Shown here piece after piece: positions 1 to 1,315 of a stretch of 1,315 bases of DNA. Within the stretch, counting starts at the first letter, position 1. Each line of letters starts with the position of its first letter. Both the position numbers and the translations under genes were made by a program. The notes beneath the pieces were generated by a model. That model saw only the letters and a list, made by a program, of their open reading frames with translations, had not been told where the DNA came from and did not search any database. The DNA is from Naegleria gruberi (lineage: Eukaryota): assembly GCA_000004985.1 (NCBI GenBank), contig GG739449.1; one strand, 5' to 3'.

Positions 1-98
1 TTGTTATTAATACATGAGTCTGTGGAGAAGAGAAAGGTTTGGTGGTTTCGGGTTCTTGCTTTTGCTTTTTGTTTTTAGGACCATCACCTACAGTTAGA

Positions 99-138
99 CG
101 TTTTGTGCATTTTTTCATTATTGTTTGGCGGGAAGATC
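99..138. repeat. Left arm of an imperfect inverted repeat flanking the gene (cgttttgTGcat[15-nt insertion]tggcgggaaGatc).
   Basis: The reverse complement of 1201..1226 is cgttttgcattggcgggaaaaatcgt. It matches the left arm as cgttttg(99..105), cat(108..110), tggcgggaa(126..134) and atc(136..138). The left arm carries a 15-nt insertion (tttttcattattgtt, 111..125). The GC-rich 9-mer tggcgggaa is unusual in a sequence with about one-third GC. Confidence 0.45.
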
Positions 139-198
139 CCCCGAAATCCCAAACAACAACTTTTATTTCTTGTTGGAATTCCAAGTATTAAAATCCAC

Positions 199-206
199 TA
201 TATTAG
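199..206 (+). promoter_or_regulatory. TATA-like element (ctATATTAg) about 113 bp upstream of the ATG.
   Basis: TATATTA lies at 199..205 in the 5' flank. In sequence this AT-rich, a TATA-like heptamer is weak evidence on its own. Confidence 0.2.
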
Positions 207-317
207 ACAAAATAAAAGCAATAAATTCAAATGAACATGTAAATTTCAACTTATTTTTATTCATGGATCATTTGGATGGTTGACTGGATATGGGCCACTT
301 AAAATCTTGAGAAAAAA

Positions 318-650
318 ATGTCAAACCAATTACTGTCCAACAGTGGAGTCCTTGTACAGGAAATTGTTGCCTTCCTTGCAAATGATGAAGATAAATCCAA
401 CATTGGTCAAATTCTCATGATGAGATTAGTTTGCAAAGATTGGAACGAAACTTTTATTAATTCTCATGATTTCTGGCACAGTATGATGATTGCCAATTTG
501 GATAAGGGTATGAAAGCAAGAGGAATTGAAGAGAAGGTTGAAATTCTTTCACATCCCAATCGAAACAATACTCAGTTCATGTTAAATTGTATTCGAAACT
601 GTTTTCTTGCTCAACAATCGATTGACTGTTTGAAATCAGTGGAAGCCTAA
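318..650 (+). CDS. F-box domain-containing protein, N-terminal segment (110 aa).
   Basis: The translation contains LVQEIVAFLANDEDKSNIGQILMMRLVCKDWNETFINSHDFW. This matches the F-box consensus (…eiLleIlsrLdpkdLlrlrlVsKrWrslvdsdrlW). The hydrophobic spacing fits, the V-C-K-x-W core is present and the trailing W is conserved. The canonical LP dipeptide is missing. The start context aaaaATG is typical of nematodes. The product ends …SVEA followed by the TAA stop. Confidence 0.6.
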   Translation: MSNQLLSNSGVLVQEIVAFLANDEDKSNIGQILMMRLVCKDWNETFINSHDFWHSMMIANLDKGMKARGIEEKVEILSHPNRNNTQFMLNCIRNCFLAQQSIDCLKSVEA

Positions 651-656
651 CAATCA

Positions 657-1181
657 ATGTGTTATGAGCCTGCTATCCTTAACGAATCCAATGACGAATT
701 AGTTTCCGAAATGATTCGCCAACTTTCACCTTACATCTTTATCCAGAAAACCTCTTTTGATTTCTTTTCTTATGATCAGTCAGATTGTGAATATGATTTT
801 ATCATTCCAAATATTCAAGGAAATACCGAATTGACTCAACTATATTTTAAAGTTTATAGATGCGATTATGGAAGTGGTAATGGTTCACTACTAAGATCTA
901 TTGTAGTAATTTTCCAAGAAGAAAAAGAAATTCTAAAAAATGATGTTTGCTACGAGTATGATGGCTCACGCTCAGAATACGTTGCAGATAAGGAGATGAT
1001 TAAGGTTGTTATGGAGAGAATTGGGTTGAGTGCAGAAATGATTAATTCTAAAGCTTGTTTCGATGAGTTTATGATTGCATTGTATTGTAAAGCAGTTGTG
1101 GGAATAATTCCTATTGCTCTCTGTGAAAGAGATTTGTTTTATATGGATAGAACAAGCAGAATAAAAGATATTGAAGAATAA
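657..1181 (+). CDS. Uncharacterised C-terminal region (174 aa from the first ATG; the frame is open from 651), probably the F-box-associated substrate-recognition part of the same gene.
   Basis: It lies in the same frame as the upstream F-box ORF, 6 nt after its stop. It has no promoter or A-rich start context of its own (caatcaATGt). The ORF is long for such an AT-rich sequence. Its TAA stop at 1179..1181 overlaps AATAAA. I recognise no named domain. It contains three spaced Cys-x-Tyr-Asp/Gly motifs. Confidence 0.5.
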   Translation: MCYEPAILNESNDELVSEMIRQLSPYIFIQKTSFDFFSYDQSDCEYDFIIPNIQGNTELTQLYFKVYRCDYGSGNGSLLRSIVVIFQEEKEILKNDVCYEYDGSRSEYVADKEMIKVVMERIGLSAEMINSKACFDEFMIALYCKAVVGIIPIALCERDLFYMDRTSRIKDIEE

Positions 1182-1182
1182 A
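1177..1182 (+). promoter_or_regulatory. Poly(A) signal AATAAA overlapping the stop codon.
   Basis: The sequence gaagAATAAAcaaatgg has the TAA stop (1179..1181) embedded in AATAAA. Very short 3' UTRs of this kind are common in compact nematode genes. Confidence 0.45.
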
Positions 1183-1201
1183 CAAATGGTAAACTTGGTA
1201 A

Positions 1202-1226
1202 CGATTTTTCCCGCCAATGCAAAACG
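1202..1226. repeat. Right arm of the inverted repeat (cgatttttcccgccaatgcaaaacg).
   Basis: See the left-arm entry. The arms are about 1.06 kb apart and enclose ATG 318 through poly(A) signal 1182. T-rich flanks (about 50..80 versus about 1235..1260 reverse-complemented) show a possible weaker extension of the similarity. Confidence 0.45.
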
Positions 1227-1315
1227 ACAAAATTATTGACAAAAAAAAGCAACAAAATTACACTTGGTTAATTTACAGGTCCAGTTGTGTATGCTGACAT
1301 ATTGAATAACCGGAA

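Larger units (their letters stand above)
318..1181 (+). pseudogene. F-box domain protein gene (N-terminal F-box plus an uncharacterised C-terminal region) interrupted by one in-frame TAA at 648..650. It is a candidate nonsense pseudogene; an unrecognised intron or a readthrough gene are the alternatives.
   Basis: ORF 318..650 and ORF 657..1181 are in the same frame (318 and 657 are both divisible by 3), separated only by TAA CAA TCA. The combined length of about 287 codons is typical of nematode F-box proteins, whereas the 110-aa F-box-only product is atypically short. The unit has a single aaaaATG start context at 314..320 and a single AATAAA at 1177..1182. I found no convincing GT…AG intron with nematode-like splice sites spanning the stop. 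Confidence 0.45.

Noticed and set aside
131-150. Apparent tandem-like gaAGATCCC / gaAATCCC (RATCCC twice) next to the left inverted-repeat arm.
   Set aside because: Only two short imperfect copies. This is within chance expectation and adds nothing beyond the inverted-repeat observation.
79-231. Open frame of about 51 codons with no ATG (DHHLQLDVLCIFSLLFGGKIPRNPKQQ…) following the acceptor-like tract.
   Set aside because: It is short and low-complexity. It has no start codon and no recognisable motif. It could be an exon of a neighbouring gene, but I cannot support a CDS call from this window alone.
509-668. Attempted to find a GT…AG intron that would splice out the TAA at 648..650 (candidate donors GGgtatga at 508 and AAGgttgaa at 537; candidate acceptors ttatgAG at 668 and tttatccAG at 746).
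   Set aside because: Either the frame is not preserved (508 to 746), or both splice sites are poor matches to nematode consensus and the intron would delete conserved-looking coding sequence (537 to 668). No convincing intron was found, so this remains unresolved and is not asserted.
657-1181. Reading the second ORF as an independent downstream gene, operon-style.
   Set aside because: It starts only 6 nt after the upstream stop. It has no trans-splice acceptor or intercistronic spacer (about 100 nt is typical of nematode operons). It has no A-rich start context. It is in the same frame as the upstream ORF. A single disrupted or readthrough gene is more parsimonious.
972-1217. 81-aa ORF on the minus strand (MAGKIVTKFTICLFFNIFYSACSIHIKQ…).
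   Set aside because: It is entirely antisense to the + strand coding region and poly(A) region. Its composition is biased (F, I and N rich), as expected from reading AT-rich DNA in reverse. It has no start context and no independent support. It is most likely a chance ORF.
1192-1271. Direct repeat aACTTGGTaa (1192..1200) and cACTTGGTtaa (1262..1271) in the 3' flank.
   Set aside because: It is an 8-nt core seen only twice, which is weak. I note it in case it marks target-site duplication of an insertion, but there is no supporting structure.

Overview
This AT-rich window (about one-third GC) looks eukaryotic and most probably comes from a nematode (Caenorhabditis-like). The evidence is an A-rich aaaaATG start context, T-rich stretches ending in AG that resemble nematode 3' splice sites, an AATAAA poly(A) signal overlapping the stop codon, and an F-box-encoding gene. 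The window holds one compact gene-sized unit on the + strand, 318..1181. Its N-terminal ORF (318..650, 110 aa) carries a recognisable F-box motif (…VQEIVAFLANDEDKSNIGQILMMRLVCKDWNETFINSHDFW…). This ORF is followed 6 nt later, in the same reading frame, by a 174-aa ORF (657..1181) with no domain I can name. A single TAA (648..650) separates them, so the two ORFs read as one ~287-codon F-box-protein gene. That gene is either a nonsense-interrupted pseudogene, contains an intron I cannot resolve by eye, or is a stop-codon readthrough candidate (the stop sits in a TAA-CAA-TCA context). The whole unit is bracketed by an imperfect inverted repeat (about 99..138 versus about 1202..1226). I see no RNA genes, CRISPR arrays or prokaryotic signals. 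The 81-aa ORF on the minus strand is antisense to the coding region and is probably spurious.
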